DNA of 36,544 nucleotides from a virus (IMGVR_UViG_3300037782_000016:1-36544), one strand, 5' to 3'. Counted from the stretch's first letter, positions 15,608 to 24,786 are shown. Notes: generated by a model from the letters alone, not told the origin. Translations and numbers: made by a program.

Positions 15608-15613
15608 CGTTTT

Positions 15614-16300
15614 TCACGGTAATGCGTCAAATATGGTTGATTGCCTTACGTTTTGTTTTCGAGAAACTTCAAGTGCTGTTTCTAGTATCGTTCTACCAGC
15701 TTCGTAGTCTACCAGGTTTCGAGCTATTTTGTCTTTTCTTTGATTCCCTTTGTATTTTTTAAAATCGTAGTCGTGAAATGTGCATAAATTCTGAAACTCA
15801 TTTTTACCTGTTCCTACTTTGCAATATCTATTTGAAATTTTATTTGGTAGGTTAAAGTTTGTCCAGTAATAATGCCTATCCCTTTTTTTGGGAGAAAACA
15901 TAGGTTCGTAATACGATATTACATTTTCAACACAGTATTTGCCTTTGAAAAAATTATTTAAAAATATAATCTCTTGCCATAACTTCATATCTGGATAACT
16001 GGCTTTCGACTGTCTTTCCCCTTCACCGGTGTTAGTTTTTCTAAGCCTTGAATGTGTCGGACATGGAGGGCTACTCCAAATAAAATCAAACTTTTGGTAA
16101 TGGTCCAGTAGGTATTGGTGTGCATCTTCGATCAAAACTTTATCGTTCGGGAATCTCTCTTGATACAACCTAGCTAATTCCGGATCTAATTCTACCGCAG
16201 TAACATCAATTTTAATACCTGCTTCTTTACCTACCTCATCCCACTTGTAACGATTGCCGCCTAAACAAGCGTATAGGTTTAATATTTTGTACTCTCTCAT
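15614..16300 (-). CDS. DNA (cytosine-5) methyltransferase
   Basis: LNLYACLGG (motif I), AVELD, WSSPPCPTHS (motif IV PC), VENV (motif VI). Confidence 0.88.
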   Translation of the reverse strand: MREYKILNLYACLGGNRYKWDEVGKEAGIKIDVTAVELDPELARLYQERFPNDKVLIEDAHQYLLDHYQKFDFIWSSPPCPTHSRLRKTNTGEGERQSKASYPDMKLWQEIIFLNNFFKGKYCVENVISYYEPMFSPKKRDRHYYWTNFNLPNKISNRYCKVGTGKNEFQNLCTFHDYDFKKYKGNQRKDKIARNLVDYEAGRTILETALEVSRKQNVRQSTIFDALP

Positions 16301-17073
16301 TCCCCTAAATGTTCGTCAATCAACTTAACAACTTCGGGGCTTACCTTTTCCCCGTGGGCGTTTATCGCGTCCGCTTGTTTTCGTATGGCGTTTATTTCCG
16401 TGCGCTTCATATTCGGTAGCTCTCGTTTTAAAAAATCAAGATACTTATTCTCGGTCATTATTGAGCGATGCCGATTTACCGCTTTTTTTGCCGATTCTTT
16501 TTCAATAGCCTTTTTAGTGGCGCAAACCGAAACACTCTCAGCCAGTTTTAACGCCTGCTCCTTTGGTATTTCCCGAATCAAACTAGCGTAGTCCTCGTCC
16601 GCTTTCCGTTCGTTTTCTCGGTGCTTTGCTTCCATAAGTAATTCCCTTTCGTGCATCATCCATTCGCTAATTACCTCCAGGTTTAAATCCCGGTACGTTT
16701 TCTGAATGTCCTTATACTTTCCCTTTCGCCCTTTTTTTAGGACCATTAGAATCATATCAATCGGGTCGTACTGAAATTCCTCGAGAATATCATCAACGAT
16801 TAACTCCCTTCGATCATCACCCATTTCAATCTTCAAAGCCAGCGCGGCCTTTCCTAAAGCTATGCTTATCGCTGTTCTACATTCCGAATAACCGTTATCG
16901 CGCTGTTTGATAACCGAACGCATAGCAGGACTGTGTACCAGTTCTTCCGTTGAGTTTGCTGGCACTAACTCCCCGTACTTTGCCCTCTCAGCTAAACTAG
17001 AAGTTTTTGTATGCAGGGTTATCTTTGTGTTGGTTGTGGAATTTCTCGAAATTTGATTGTTGTCCTTTTCCAT
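16297..17073 (-). CDS. Hypothetical replication-associated protein (possible helicase loader)
   Basis: Immediately downstream of the initiator-like gene; function inferred from position only. True start may be downstream. Confidence 0.5.
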   Translation of the reverse strand: MEKDNNQISRNSTTNTKITLHTKTSSLAERAKYGELVPANSTEELVHSPAMRSVIKQRDNGYSECRTAISIALGKAALALKIEMGDDRRELIVDDILEEFQYDPIDMILMVLKKGRKGKYKDIQKTYRDLNLEVISEWMMHERELLMEAKHRENERKADEDYASLIREIPKEQALKLAESVSVCATKKAIEKESAKKAVNRHRSIMTENKYLDFLKRELPNMKRTEINAIRKQADAINAHGEKVSPEVVKLIDEHLGE

Positions 17074-17764
17074 TGTTTTCTTTTTTAGTCCAATGACAAA
17101 CGTTACCCCTTACGGTGGCTTGCCAGTCTTTTATTTTCCTTTCAGGATTAATTGTTTTCCAGTCGTTACCTTTCCAAGCCTCATACCTTCCTCTGACCTT
17201 AGTGTCGTCCAAGTTTAAATTCTGCTTCACTCCCTGCTCCATTGCGTAGTTGTGAAATTCCTCGTAGGTAGGTTCTTTGACTTTCGGGTTTCTTAAATTG
17301 CGCTTTGTCGGTTTTTTACTTTCAACTTCATTATCATCTTTACTTTCATTGTCATCTTCATCTTCATAGTCAATGTCAGTGTTTTGCCCCCCTTTTGCTT
17401 TTGGTTTGCTATCGTTTTGCTCTTGATTTGATTTAGAGTTTGCGGCTTTCCTCCTTATTTGACTAATCTCATTCTCCTTTACAAATCGCCTGCAAGTAAA
17501 TTCAATAAAACCTTTCTCTTCCTTTATTTCCGCGATTTCGTTGTAAATTAAGTCGTCCAATATTTCACGCATTTTTTCGGGCGAACAACGCCACAAATTT
17601 TGCAGGCTTTTTGCTGGCATTTTGATTGTGTTTTGCTTCCCTTTTGTCCAAAGTTTGAAAACAATTCTCATCCAAGCCGCCTCACTTTCTAATGATAATA
17701 CGTTGCAGTCGCGCTCCCAGTCTCCTATATAAATGGGTATATTTGGTAGATTCTTTTTACTCAT
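16997..17764 (-). CDS. Phage replication initiator-like protein (YdaU/DUF1376-like)
   Basis: N-terminal PIYIGDWERD HTH domain, low-complexity linker, C-terminal PTYEEF...W...IKDWQATVR...W domain. Confidence 0.7.
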   Translation of the reverse strand: MSKKNLPNIPIYIGDWERDCNVLSLESEAAWMRIVFKLWTKGKQNTIKMPAKSLQNLWRCSPEKMREILDDLIYNEIAEIKEEKGFIEFTCRRFVKENEISQIRRKAANSKSNQEQNDSKPKAKGGQNTDIDYEDEDDNESKDDNEVESKKPTKRNLRNPKVKEPTYEEFHNYAMEQGVKQNLNLDDTKVRGRYEAWKGNDWKTINPERKIKDWQATVRGNVCHWTKKENNGKGQQSNFEKFHNQHKDNPAYKNF

Positions 17765-18218
17765 AGCCCTCTATTTTTAGCTCCCCGCCAGTTAGGACGT
17801 GATATAAATTCTGCACTTGATGAATGTATCGTATGTGAGGGTATTTTACTGGTGTAAAAGTGTCTTCGTACAGCTCGTCATTATAACACATTTCGTGGTC
17901 AAGCACCATATGCCACATTTCAAATACATCATCCTGAAATGATATTTTAACAACCCTATTGTATTCAGGGCGGCCATAGTCTTTAACGTTTTGAACCTTA
18001 ATTTGTAAAAAACCTCCATTGAACCCCATTTTTTCTAGCCATTCATCGTCCAAAGGTATTAGCTCGGCCGCGTTCCATTCTTCGCCAGCATAAGTAATGT
18101 AATCTTCTGTTTCAATGTATTCCCCAACAGAATCAGTCCCAAACGACTTTACTTTTTGAACTACTGAGGCTATTTTAATTAAGTTTCCAAGCCTCAAATC
18201 CTTTATTTGTAATTCCAT
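17757..18218 (-). CDS. Phage hypothetical protein, paralog of 4541-4927
   Basis: Start MELQIKDLRLGNLI at 18218; IPLDDEWLEKMGF...YIHQVQNLYHVLTGGELK. Confidence 0.7.
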   Translation of the reverse strand: MELQIKDLRLGNLIKIASVVQKVKSFGTDSVGEYIETEDYITYAGEEWNAAELIPLDDEWLEKMGFNGGFLQIKVQNVKDYGRPEYNRVVKISFQDDVFEMWHMVLDHEMCYNDELYEDTFTPVKYPHIRYIHQVQNLYHVLTGGELKIEGYE

Positions 18219-18230
18219 AATGTAGTGTAA

Positions 18231-18318
18231 TAAAAAAGCCTTTCCCCTTTCGCCCCGCACGGCTACTCAGAAAAAGGCTTTTCGATAAAAATTTCGTTCG
18301 ATTCGTGCGGGAATCTTA
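18231..18318 (-). promoter_or_regulatory. Structured 5' leader (attenuator/pseudoknot-like) of the replication operon
   Basis: 10-bp inverted repeat 18234-18243/18273-18282 ending in a U run, crossed by an 8-bp inverted repeat 18254-18261/18304-18311. Confidence 0.6.
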
Positions 18319-18322
18319 AAGG

Positions 18323-18352
18323 CAAATATAAAGGGATTTATTTAAAATGCAA
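18323..18352 (-). promoter_or_regulatory. Bacteroidota-type promoter, unit 3
   Basis: TTG-N19-TATATTTG. Confidence 0.75.
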
Positions 18353-18359
18353 TAGGTGT

Positions 18360-18393
18360 AAAAAATAAGAGGATGTGCGACTACACATCCTCT
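18360..18393 (-). terminator. Intrinsic terminator
   Basis: Perfect 10-bp stem AGAGGATGTG/CACATCCTCT, 6-nt loop, followed by TATTTTTT on the minus strand. Confidence 0.85.
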
Positions 18394-18433
18394 CTGGACT
18401 ATCAAAAAAAACAATATGAAAAGTAATTTTCAC
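18360..18433 (-). ncRNA. Putative small RNA 2 (about 75 nt)
   Basis: Lies between promoter 18437-18466 and terminator 18360-18393; 5' hairpin UGAAAA/UUUUCA, then U-rich AUUGUUUUUUUUGAUAG. Confidence 0.6.
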
Positions 18434-18436
18434 TAG

Positions 18437-18466
18437 CAAATATACATCGCTTTCGGAAAAATGCAA
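18437..18466 (-). promoter_or_regulatory. Bacteroidota-type promoter, unit 2
   Basis: TTG-N19-TATATTTG. Confidence 0.75.
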
Positions 18467-18470
18467 GGGT

Positions 18471-18501
18471 AAAAAAAGAAAGACGGCGCAAACCGTCTCT
18501 C
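18471..18501 (-). terminator. Intrinsic terminator
   Basis: GAGAGACGG-TTTGCG-CCGTCTTTC followed by T7 on the minus strand. Confidence 0.8.
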
Positions 18502-18550
18502 TCCAACCAAAAAATACAAGTATGAGTGCGCAGAACGCGCTCAGGACTGT
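18471..18550 (-). ncRNA. Putative small RNA 1 (about 80 nt)
   Basis: Lies between the -7 box 18555-18562 and terminator 18471-18501; 5' hairpin UGAGCGCG/CGCACUCA overlapping CAUACUUGUAUUUUUUGGUUG. Confidence 0.62.
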
Positions 18551-18554
18551 GAAG

Positions 18555-18562
18555 CAAATATA
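18555..18562 (-). promoter_or_regulatory. Bacteroidota -7 box, unit 1
   Basis: TATATTTG; weak -33 (TTAG at a 19-nt spacing). Confidence 0.65.
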
Positions 18563-18607
18563 AGACGGTTATTCGTAATTCCTAACTATGTTGATAAGTC
18601 GGGCTGA

Positions 18608-19069
18608 TTAAACAATATACAAATCTTCCCGATCCGTGATTCGGCAGTCCAAGTGCAGCCAGCTTCTATTTTTTCCAGCCGTTTTCCTATAATCCTCAAC
18701 CGTTGTTATCCCTAATTTCCTTAATTCAGCGTAATTTTCGCGCACCTTATAGAACATCTCATCGCTTCTAAGGTATTTCCCCCGATGCTTTACTTTAATG
18801 TCAATAGCGCGCCCATATCGGTGTTGGCTATTCAAAGTCTCTGTTATATCGGTGTCGTAGTCTCTAAACCCCGATTCCGTGTACGCACCACCCCACAACC
18901 AGTCGTTAACCACGATATAAGCCCTCTCATCGTCTGAAAATAGTTTTTTGAGGTATTCTAGTATTGGCATCAATCGAGGGTCTAATAATTCAATTGCAGC
19001 GTTTCCACGTCTTTTGTAAGTGTTGATGCTGACTAACTCTCTCAGATCGAAGTTCTCGCTAATTTTCAT
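18608..19069 (-). CDS. Endolysin, peptidase M15 family
   Basis: SENFDLREL, SGFR, SQHRYGRAIDI and WLHLD zinc-ligand motifs. Confidence 0.88.
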   Translation of the reverse strand: MKISENFDLRELVSINTYKRRGNAAIELLDPRLMPILEYLKKLFSDDERAYIVVNDWLWGGAYTESGFRDYDTDITETLNSQHRYGRAIDIKVKHRGKYLRSDEMFYKVRENYAELRKLGITTVEDYRKTAGKNRSWLHLDCRITDREDLYIV

Positions 19070-19487
19070 CGGGTGTGTTTAGGCTTTGATTGACTGCAAT
19101 GAATTTCTCTAGTTTTATTCTGTCCTCTGTTCCGCGCTCCCTCATATCGTGGATGTCCTTCTTCATTCCACCTATGTCTTTAAGGATTGACTGGAGGGTT
19201 ACATTGACCCCATCGATTGAGTTCGTGAGTTTCGGTAAAAATTCCTCCATTACTTTCTTACGGTCTTGCTCAGAATCCTTTGCGTAATTAGCCGTTGCGT
19301 TTGCCGTCTCTTTCACTTCGTTTAATTTCACTTCAAGTTCTTTAATCCTAGTATCTTTTTCTTCGTCCCTTTTCTCCAAGTTACGGGTTTTTTCCTGCTG
19401 CGTAGCTTTGAACGTGATAAAAAATGCAACCATCGCTAATGCTTCGAGTATTAAATTCCCGGCATCCAACTCGTTAAATATATCCAT
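19059..19487 (-). CDS. Membrane-anchored coiled-coil protein, putative holin/lysis accessory
   Basis: One N-terminal TM segment plus a coiled coil, directly upstream of the endolysin. Confidence 0.5.
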   Translation of the reverse strand: MDIFNELDAGNLILEALAMVAFFITFKATQQEKTRNLEKRDEEKDTRIKELEVKLNEVKETANATANYAKDSEQDRKKVMEEFLPKLTNSIDGVNVTLQSILKDIGGMKKDIHDMRERGTEDRIKLEKFIAVNQSLNTPDEN

Positions 19488-19710
19488 TTATCTGTATTGT
19501 TAAATCAACATCTTCAAACCCTTGCACGTATTTTTCCGTGACCTTATCTTTTGGTATGTAGTAACCGTGTTCAGGATGATAGCAATTCGCTTTGCTCAAC
19601 CAGGTATCTACCCTATATCCGTCCTCTTTTTCAAAAGGGATTCCCTCGCCATCGTTTATTGTTTGGCTTATTGCATCAAACTCTTGACTACTTACTAGCT
19701 TACAATCCAT
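19474..19710 (-). CDS. Hypothetical protein
   Basis: 78-aa coupled ORF after the tail fibre genes. Confidence 0.6.
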   Translation of the reverse strand: MDCKLVSSQEFDAISQTINDGEGIPFEKEDGYRVDTWLSKANCYHPEHGYYIPKDKVTEKYVQGFEDVDLTIQINGYI

Positions 19711-20467
19711 ACTTACTGATTAAAAAGTTATGAACCGCTGTTAGGTCTGATGAACCTAAAACAGAATCAAAAATAATTACTTCTGCAACTTTACCATTTA
19801 AGTAATTCCCGTTAAATTCGCCGATTCTACCTATTGATAAGTTAAACGCAGTGCCTCCGATAGAACTAGCACTAGTGGCAATTCCATTCTCAGTAAGGCC
19901 CACACCATCTAAATACATAACAGTCTCGGTATCTCCGTTAGCATACGTGTCTGTTAGTAACTGAGGGTTTGCCGTCATAGCCTCGGTGCTTCTTGTAACA
20001 GAACCTACACTACCATCCCCGAATAGGTTTTGAAAAAACGTTGTACCCGATGGTCGTCTTAATTGATGTGTAATACCCGTTGTTTGAGTGTTACCGCTTC
20101 CGTTAGCTTCTCCTATTATAGTTTGGTTTGATATGGTTATATCGTCGGTTTGCGAAATGGTAATAACTGTATGGTTGGCTAATTTACTATATTCAGTCCC
20201 GACAGTTAAGAAATGATTTGAGCCATTAAAATCAATGTAGGGCAGCGAGTTTGTACCGAACCCCGTAGCGTTGTAAGTTGGCTGCGCTGACCCCGAGCCT
20301 TGCGTTGCGTCAGTTGAACCAGTGCCTAAGTTACCCCATGCAGATACAGCCCCTCCTGACTCCGTAACATTCTGAGCTGCATCAACCCAAAATACAGGGT
20401 TTAATGCTGGTATAGGGTTGCCATCACCACCCTGACTCGCGTAAGCTCCTAATCCTATCCCTATCAT
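19700..20467 (-). CDS. LamG/concanavalin-like tail or receptor-binding protein
   Basis: Start MIGIGLG (ATGA overlap); FWVDA...VSAWGN...IDFNG...LNGKVAEVIIFD...FLISKYGL. Confidence 0.75.
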   Translation of the reverse strand: MIGIGLGAYASQGGDGNPIPALNPVFWVDAAQNVTESGGAVSAWGNLGTGSTDATQGSGSAQPTYNATGFGTNSLPYIDFNGSNHFLTVGTEYSKLANHTVITISQTDDITISNQTIIGEANGSGNTQTTGITHQLRRPSGTTFFQNLFGDGSVGSVTRSTEAMTANPQLLTDTYANGDTETVMYLDGVGLTENGIATSASSIGGTAFNLSIGRIGEFNGNYLNGKVAEVIIFDSVLGSSDLTAVHNFLISKYGL

Positions 20468-21474
20468 GCTTTTAGGCTTCCAATTAATTTCCAAGTATTA
20501 GCGGCTTCTTTCTTTAAAACAACACCGCTGTAATTACCGTCTATTTTTAAATTTCCATCTTTCGAGTTAATGACTTGGCTTCCACTAACAGTAAATGAAA
20601 TGTCGTTTGTTAAATCGTTTGGGGAAAATTCAAACTCAACACCCTGAGCATAAGCAGAATTTGCCGCATCTGTTACGGTTATAACCACAGCACCACCTGA
20701 TGAATCCATAGGGTAGTAAGTGTTCGGATCAATGTTTTCTAAATTATCGCTAGTTGTGATAGGCGAGCCAACGGGTCTATGTCCTCTTATTTCTTGGTCT
20801 CCCAAAATCGCGCCCGTCATTGTGCCGCCTGCCGTTGGTAAAGCGTTATCTGCTGTCGTTCCTTGCGCTGCTGTCGCATAGTCGGCTGGGTCAAAATTCT
20901 TTACATCGTTTAAATTAACCACCTCACTATCCATTAGCGCACCAGCAGCCGTTACATTTGTCGTGTCCGTAACATCCGCGCCATCTTCTACATTAATAAG
21001 TGTACGGAAGTTTGGAAGGGTCAGGGATTCAACTGAACCAGTACCAGAGCTAGATCGTGCCAGCACCCTATTTGTTGGAATGTTCTGAATCTTATCGAAG
21101 GTCACAGCGTCATTATCAATAGTCCAAACTGTTCCCGAACTACTAACAGTTACATCACCTTTGTCCCCATCAGAAACACCGCCAGTTGCAGCGTCAATGG
21201 TAAGTGTCTGCGCACCGTCATCCGCTGTTATAGTGACGTTTGTCCCAGCGGCTAAAAGAGCCTTAACCTTTGTGTAAACCCTCGTGTCTGTAAAAAAAAG
21301 GTTTGTAGCACCCTCTGTTACATCGTCTGAATCGTTGTCGTCCAGGTTGTATGCCGAATCGTTTAGGTTAGTTTCTACCTCACGGTGTAAAGCTGGTGTA
21401 ATTGCTTCAACGTTGTTGTCTGCAAGGTTAGTGTCTATGTCGGTCTGTAATGCTGTTCTTCCTTTCTGTGCCAT
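20464..21474 (-). CDS. Tail fibre protein
   Basis: T/A/G/D-rich, with fibre-type segments EGATNLFFTD, SDGDKGDVTV and LPTAGGTMTG, and a C-terminal ANTWKLIGSL. Confidence 0.75.
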   Translation of the reverse strand: MAQKGRTALQTDIDTNLADNNVEAITPALHREVETNLNDSAYNLDDNDSDDVTEGATNLFFTDTRVYTKVKALLAAGTNVTITADDGAQTLTIDAATGGVSDGDKGDVTVSSSGTVWTIDNDAVTFDKIQNIPTNRVLARSSSGTGSVESLTLPNFRTLINVEDGADVTDTTNVTAAGALMDSEVVNLNDVKNFDPADYATAAQGTTADNALPTAGGTMTGAILGDQEIRGHRPVGSPITTSDNLENIDPNTYYPMDSSGGAVVITVTDAANSAYAQGVEFEFSPNDLTNDISFTVSGSQVINSKDGNLKIDGNYSGVVLKKEAANTWKLIGSLKA

Positions 21475-21478
21475 AATG

Positions 21479-21486
21479 CAAAATTA
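21479..21486 (-). promoter_or_regulatory. -7 box 4 nt upstream of the tail fibre ATG
   Basis: TAATTTTG-CATT-ATG. Confidence 0.55.
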
Positions 21487-24400
21487 AGAATATAATTTAC
21501 GGTTATTGTCATACGCCTGAGCGAGTGTGATTATTATCGATGGATAAGGTCGTGAGCCTTCGTAGTTTGGTGCAAACTCGCCAGTAATTCTAACGGGCAA
21601 CTCAACGTAGTCATCAGCGTTTTTACTGTTGTAGTCTGTAATCGTCATCTCGTCAGCAAAGAAAACCGTGTACTTCAAGAAGTCTCTTATCGCTGTATCT
21701 GAGGCTTGCATTTCAAGTGTGTACTGATTTTTCAAGTTTAGGCTTACAATGTTCTCAAATCCATTGGTCCACCTTACAACTTCTTCTTCATAACTTCCCG
21801 AAGCAAAACCAAAGTACGACTGACAAATACGAAGCTGACCGGTAAGATTCAGACCACTAAAGTCTCTCACTTTTGTTTGGTCGGCATCCCCTATTCGACT
21901 ATCGAGGGTGTACGTTATACGAGTAGAGCCATCGGCACGGGCTGTTGTAAACTCGTCCAAACAATAGCTATCTGAATACAGCGCATCGCCACCTCCAAAA
22001 TCAAACTTTACTCTATATTTTCCAGCATCAAACGCAGACAAAACATCTCGCCACTCCAAAACATACGCTATGTATTCGTTGTTATCGCGTGATTCAAAGC
22101 CTTGCGTGTAATACGTGCCGTATGCGTTGGTGTTTAGATCCGCTTGTTTTGTCCAAGTGCCATCCACCAGCTTTTCCAAGTCCATTGAACAAGTGTACTG
22201 CTGCGGAATTATCTCGAGAAATAGCGAATAATCGTTCTTCAAGTCGTCCGCGTCCGTTGTGGAGGCTAAAACACAATGCTCAAAACAGCACTTCCTTAAC
22301 GGGTTTTCGTCCTTCGGTGTTACTGGTGGGTCAAAGTCTATAACATCCTGGACAAAACAATCTTGAACAATTACATTACCCCTGTCAGGCGTCCCCGATG
22401 TGTTCTTTTCAGCTATCGAACAACTGATAGTGTATTCCGTAATCGCTGGGTCAATATTAGAAGCGTCTATTTTAGCCGATACTGTGAACGTACCGCCACT
22501 CTCTTGAATGTCTAGCAGTCCAGTAGTCAGCGTTGATTTTAACACGTTAGAGCGTGCTTCTCGGTTAAATTCACTTGATAGGCTTTCATTAGCCGTCCAA
22601 GTACCGTTCTCTTTCGGGATGATTCGCATTACAGCGTACACATCTGCCGCTGTTGGGCTACCACCACCTGAATAAACAAAGATGGCTGTAACCGTTGTAT
22701 CTCCTACACGCTTCATGTAAGGCTGCCCACCTACCGACAAAGAGCCAGTAGTATCGCTTATTACTATGCTGTTACTGCCCCAATTAGCGTTATGGTCGTA
22801 ATCTTTCGGGTCTAAGGTAACATCTGTTGATAGTGCGCTCGTTACCCCGCTCGCGCTTACCTCTGCAATGACCCGATAAACTAAATCAAATCCCGAAAGA
22901 CCAGCTAGTCTAATCCAATCCTGATTGACCCCGTTATTTGGTTCGGTGTAGTCAATAAATGCTCCGGGAATGTTTGACAAAATAAGCTGCTCCCAATACT
23001 CCCAACGCATAAGGAAAGGAAATTGAATCCTGTAACCGTATTGAGTACCCGTGTCATCCGCTGTTGAACGGTAAAAAATAAGCTCACTTAAAAGCTCTGT
23101 ACTCGCGGAAATAAAGCCCGAAGGTGTGGCTTGCCTGAACGTTCTAACCGCACCACTTAAAGGGTCTGCGCTGCTATCGTATGTCCTCTCAAACAATACA
23201 GCCTCGTCTGTTCCATCCGTTGCTACTATCTGAGCGGTCAATCCCTCTAGTTGCGCATCTGATAAAGTGCCTTGATCGAGTAGGACCAATGTATCTGCGA
23301 CAACCTCGTCCTCGACCTTTATTACATCGTCATTTGGATTGACAAATGAGTTATCCGTTTGGTCTGCAAATAAGAAGTCCGTTGTGACTGTTGCCGTTCC
23401 CGTGCCTATTTCGGTAGTCGCTGTGTTCACATCTACCAATAGCGTGACGTAGTTATTTAACTCGGGTGTAGCGAAGTTATCAACAACGTATGCGGCAATT
23501 AAGAACTGTTTGTTTGTGAGGCCATCGAATTTATTCAGTACAGCCGAACCAAAGTTAACATCAAAGTCAACGCTTGCAACTCCAGCACTTACCGTTACGG
23601 TTAAGTCCTCGATAACTGTGTACGTTGCGTCCGCTGCTTTAGCCTCTCCATCAATAGCTGCTGCGCCCTGTTCTTGTAAAGCTCTATCCCAGCAATAATT
23701 CTCTCGCATTAACAGGTTGTTGTTGGCGATGTCGCTTTCTTGTTCGGGTAGTACAATGAAGTTTACACAAACGTACTCAGGATCATTCGCGCCAACTACC
23801 AACTTTTCAATATCGAAGGTTACATTTGTCGTGCCGGCAAGGTCTAAGGTGTTGATCGTGTTGTTGTATGAAAGGTTGGTTACTTCATACTCAGGATTTC
23901 CACCGTTTCCTTCTTCGTCAAACCATCCGCTATTTCCGTCCTTGCTGTTTACGCCATCGTAAACGAACTCCTGGAACACGTTAGGGTCTTTCGCTTCCCT
24001 TCGTGCTTCTAATCGCCATACGTTGGTCAAAGCATTGAGTGAGCGAAAGTAGGTAGGCGCAACGTTATTTTGAAGCTCTGTTATTTGAGGGGGTAGGTAG
24101 AACGGGTGTACGTAGAACGTGTGTACTATTTGGAAAACATAAATTTCATTATTACGCTCGTCTGTCTCGGTCTGATTAGTAAATGAAGCACCTCCATCAT
24201 AGCCAAATTGCCAGTCTTTTTTCCCTAATGGAATCATTGCCGCCCCGACTAATGGCGCACTCGTAGCATCCTCGCTAACAAATCGCATAATTGACCCGTC
24301 AACTTTGCTAAAATAGTTTGTCGCTTCGTTGTTTCTAATTAGGCCATAATCATAAACCAGCCCTTCGGGGTCTTGTTGAAGCCTAAACTCTACCGTCTCG

Positions 24401-24786
24401 TCCGACAAGTCTTGCGTGAATGTAGCATAAGCCCCTGCACCAGATGTATCCCACATTCTCATGCGATTATCGTCTGGTTTTTCCATTACTAGATACTCGC
24501 CATCATTAGCCAGCGTATTGGCATTTTGAATGATAATTGTATCGCCAACACTAAACTCTTCAAATCTATTTAACCCTTCTTCATCCCTTACCCAACTGTC
24601 ATCTGGGTCTTGCGGATCATCAAAGGAAAAACCTTCGTCAGTTTCGGCATTTACATACGTCTCGTAGCGGACGGTCGCGGTCATTGTAACCTTCTGGAAA
24701 ATGTTAGCATACAAGTAGTCAATCTCAGGCGTTGCAGAGCTTAAACTTTCTACTTCATACTTTATGTCCTCTAAGAATCCAGCCAT
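21484..24786 (-). CDS. Large virion structural/tail protein (1100 aa)
   Basis: Acidic, beta-rich, located in the tail module. Confidence 0.7.
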   Translation of the reverse strand: MAGFLEDIKYEVESLSSATPEIDYLYANIFQKVTMTATVRYETYVNAETDEGFSFDDPQDPDDSWVRDEEGLNRFEEFSVGDTIIIQNANTLANDGEYLVMEKPDDNRMRMWDTSGAGAYATFTQDLSDETVEFRLQQDPEGLVYDYGLIRNNEATNYFSKVDGSIMRFVSEDATSAPLVGAAMIPLGKKDWQFGYDGGASFTNQTETDERNNEIYVFQIVHTFYVHPFYLPPQITELQNNVAPTYFRSLNALTNVWRLEARREAKDPNVFQEFVYDGVNSKDGNSGWFDEEGNGGNPEYEVTNLSYNNTINTLDLAGTTNVTFDIEKLVVGANDPEYVCVNFIVLPEQESDIANNNLLMRENYCWDRALQEQGAAAIDGEAKAADATYTVIEDLTVTVSAGVASVDFDVNFGSAVLNKFDGLTNKQFLIAAYVVDNFATPELNNYVTLLVDVNTATTEIGTGTATVTTDFLFADQTDNSFVNPNDDVIKVEDEVVADTLVLLDQGTLSDAQLEGLTAQIVATDGTDEAVLFERTYDSSADPLSGAVRTFRQATPSGFISASTELLSELIFYRSTADDTGTQYGYRIQFPFLMRWEYWEQLILSNIPGAFIDYTEPNNGVNQDWIRLAGLSGFDLVYRVIAEVSASGVTSALSTDVTLDPKDYDHNANWGSNSIVISDTTGSLSVGGQPYMKRVGDTTVTAIFVYSGGGSPTAADVYAVMRIIPKENGTWTANESLSSEFNREARSNVLKSTLTTGLLDIQESGGTFTVSAKIDASNIDPAITEYTISCSIAEKNTSGTPDRGNVIVQDCFVQDVIDFDPPVTPKDENPLRKCCFEHCVLASTTDADDLKNDYSLFLEIIPQQYTCSMDLEKLVDGTWTKQADLNTNAYGTYYTQGFESRDNNEYIAYVLEWRDVLSAFDAGKYRVKFDFGGGDALYSDSYCLDEFTTARADGSTRITYTLDSRIGDADQTKVRDFSGLNLTGQLRICQSYFGFASGSYEEEVVRWTNGFENIVSLNLKNQYTLEMQASDTAIRDFLKYTVFFADEMTITDYNSKNADDYVELPVRITGEFAPNYEGSRPYPSIIITLAQAYDNNRKLYS

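Noticed and set aside
18416-18563. Plus-strand micro-ORFs MKSNFH and MSAQNALRTVKQI
   Set aside because: Promoter boxes and terminator U-tracts all point in the minus direction, so the ATGs are better explained as complements of anti-start sequences. Not fully excluded.
18231-18600. tRNA genes in the intergenic block
   Set aside because: No cloverleaf, T-loop GTTCRA or CCA arrangement was found.
19700-21474. Diversity-generating retroelement or invertible tail-fibre system
   Set aside because: No reverse transcriptase, invertase or template/variable repeat pair was seen.
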